The position numbers and the translations under genes are program-made. A DNA stretch of 45,662 nucleotides, taken from Octopus bimaculoides. Lineage: Eukaryota. Below are positions 45,112 to 45,662 of the stretch, one piece after another. The notes beneath the pieces are model-generated. The model was not told the origin of the DNA. It saw nothing but the letters and a program-made list of their open reading frames with translations, and searched no databases. How positions within the stretch are numbered: position 1 is the stretch's first letter; every line of letters begins with the position of its first letter. The stretch spans positions 21,261,692-21,307,353 of the forward strand of contig NC_069007.1 of assembly GCF_001194135.2 (NCBI RefSeq), given 5' to 3'.

Positions 45112-45157
45112 TTTTTTAACATGTTTCGGTTCTTGAAAAAACGAACCTTATCAAAAA
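45112..45157 (-). ncRNA. Candidate minimal (dimer-type) hammerhead ribozyme, U3-A8 core variant
   Basis: Minus strand: UUU-UUGAUAA-GGUUC(10-nt loop)GAACC-GAAAC-AU-GUU-AAA; palindromic AACAUGUU in place of helix III. Confidence 0.45.
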
Positions 45158-45662
45158 TACATATTTTTAAAAAAATGAGAAATTAAATGAAAAGTTCATA
45201 ATTGTTCCTTACTGGTGTCAACATAGTCCACATGGGTGCATTTTTTGTTGGCCGAACCGAAATAAATTGGCGTTTTCAAACTTCCTTTTTCTAAATATAT
45301 ACTCACTCGTATATATTCTTTATTCTTTTATTTGTTTCAGTCATTTGACTGCGGCCATGCTGGAGCACCGCCTTTAGTCAAGTCAAATCGACCCCAGGAC
45401 TTATTCTTTGTAAGCCTAGTACTTATTCTATCGGACTCTTTTGCCGAACCGCTAATTTACGGTTGTCAAGCGAAGTTGGGGGGACAAACACAGATACACA
45501 ACATGTACATATATACGACACGACGGGCTTCTTTCAGTTTCCGTCTACCAAATCCACTCACAAGGCTTTGGTCGGCCCTAGGCTATAGTAGAAGAAATTT
45601 GCCCAAGGTGCCACGCAGTCTGACTGAATCCAGAACCATGTGGTTGGTAAGCAAGCTACTTA

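Overview
Intron-rich, AT-rich animal DNA, not prokaryotic. The SINE/RTE repeat families and microsatellite load suggest an octopus genome (inferred from recall, not searched). There are eight N-gaps. Three genes can be reconstructed by hand with GT-AG junctions and consistent phases. (1) A 5-exon flavin-containing monooxygenase on + (6618-12209). (2) nanos on +, with a single coding ORF (14957-15952) and a tandem CCHC zinc finger. (3) A WRN-type RecQ helicase on - (41951-20008), with 26 visible exons and 1-2 more probably hidden in gaps; no exonuclease domain is visible. The rest is a decayed RTE LINE, tRNA-derived SINEs, mariner/hAT/piggyBac-type MITEs and simple repeats. The most novel signal is three hammerhead-ribozyme-like motifs. 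Two carry the compensatory U3-A8 core (UUGANAA instead of CUGANGA). The best (14157-14202, about 750 nt upstream of the nanos ATG) is complete and lies downstream of a 31-nt antisense arm with a mariner MITE between them. Other leads are a CUGGC-loop hairpin cluster in the nanos 3' UTR, a possibly helicase-only WRN with altered winged-helix residues, and a near-identical inverted SINE pair bracketing an in-frame 1551-nt block of WRN exons. All alignments and folds were done by eye; nothing was searched or computed.
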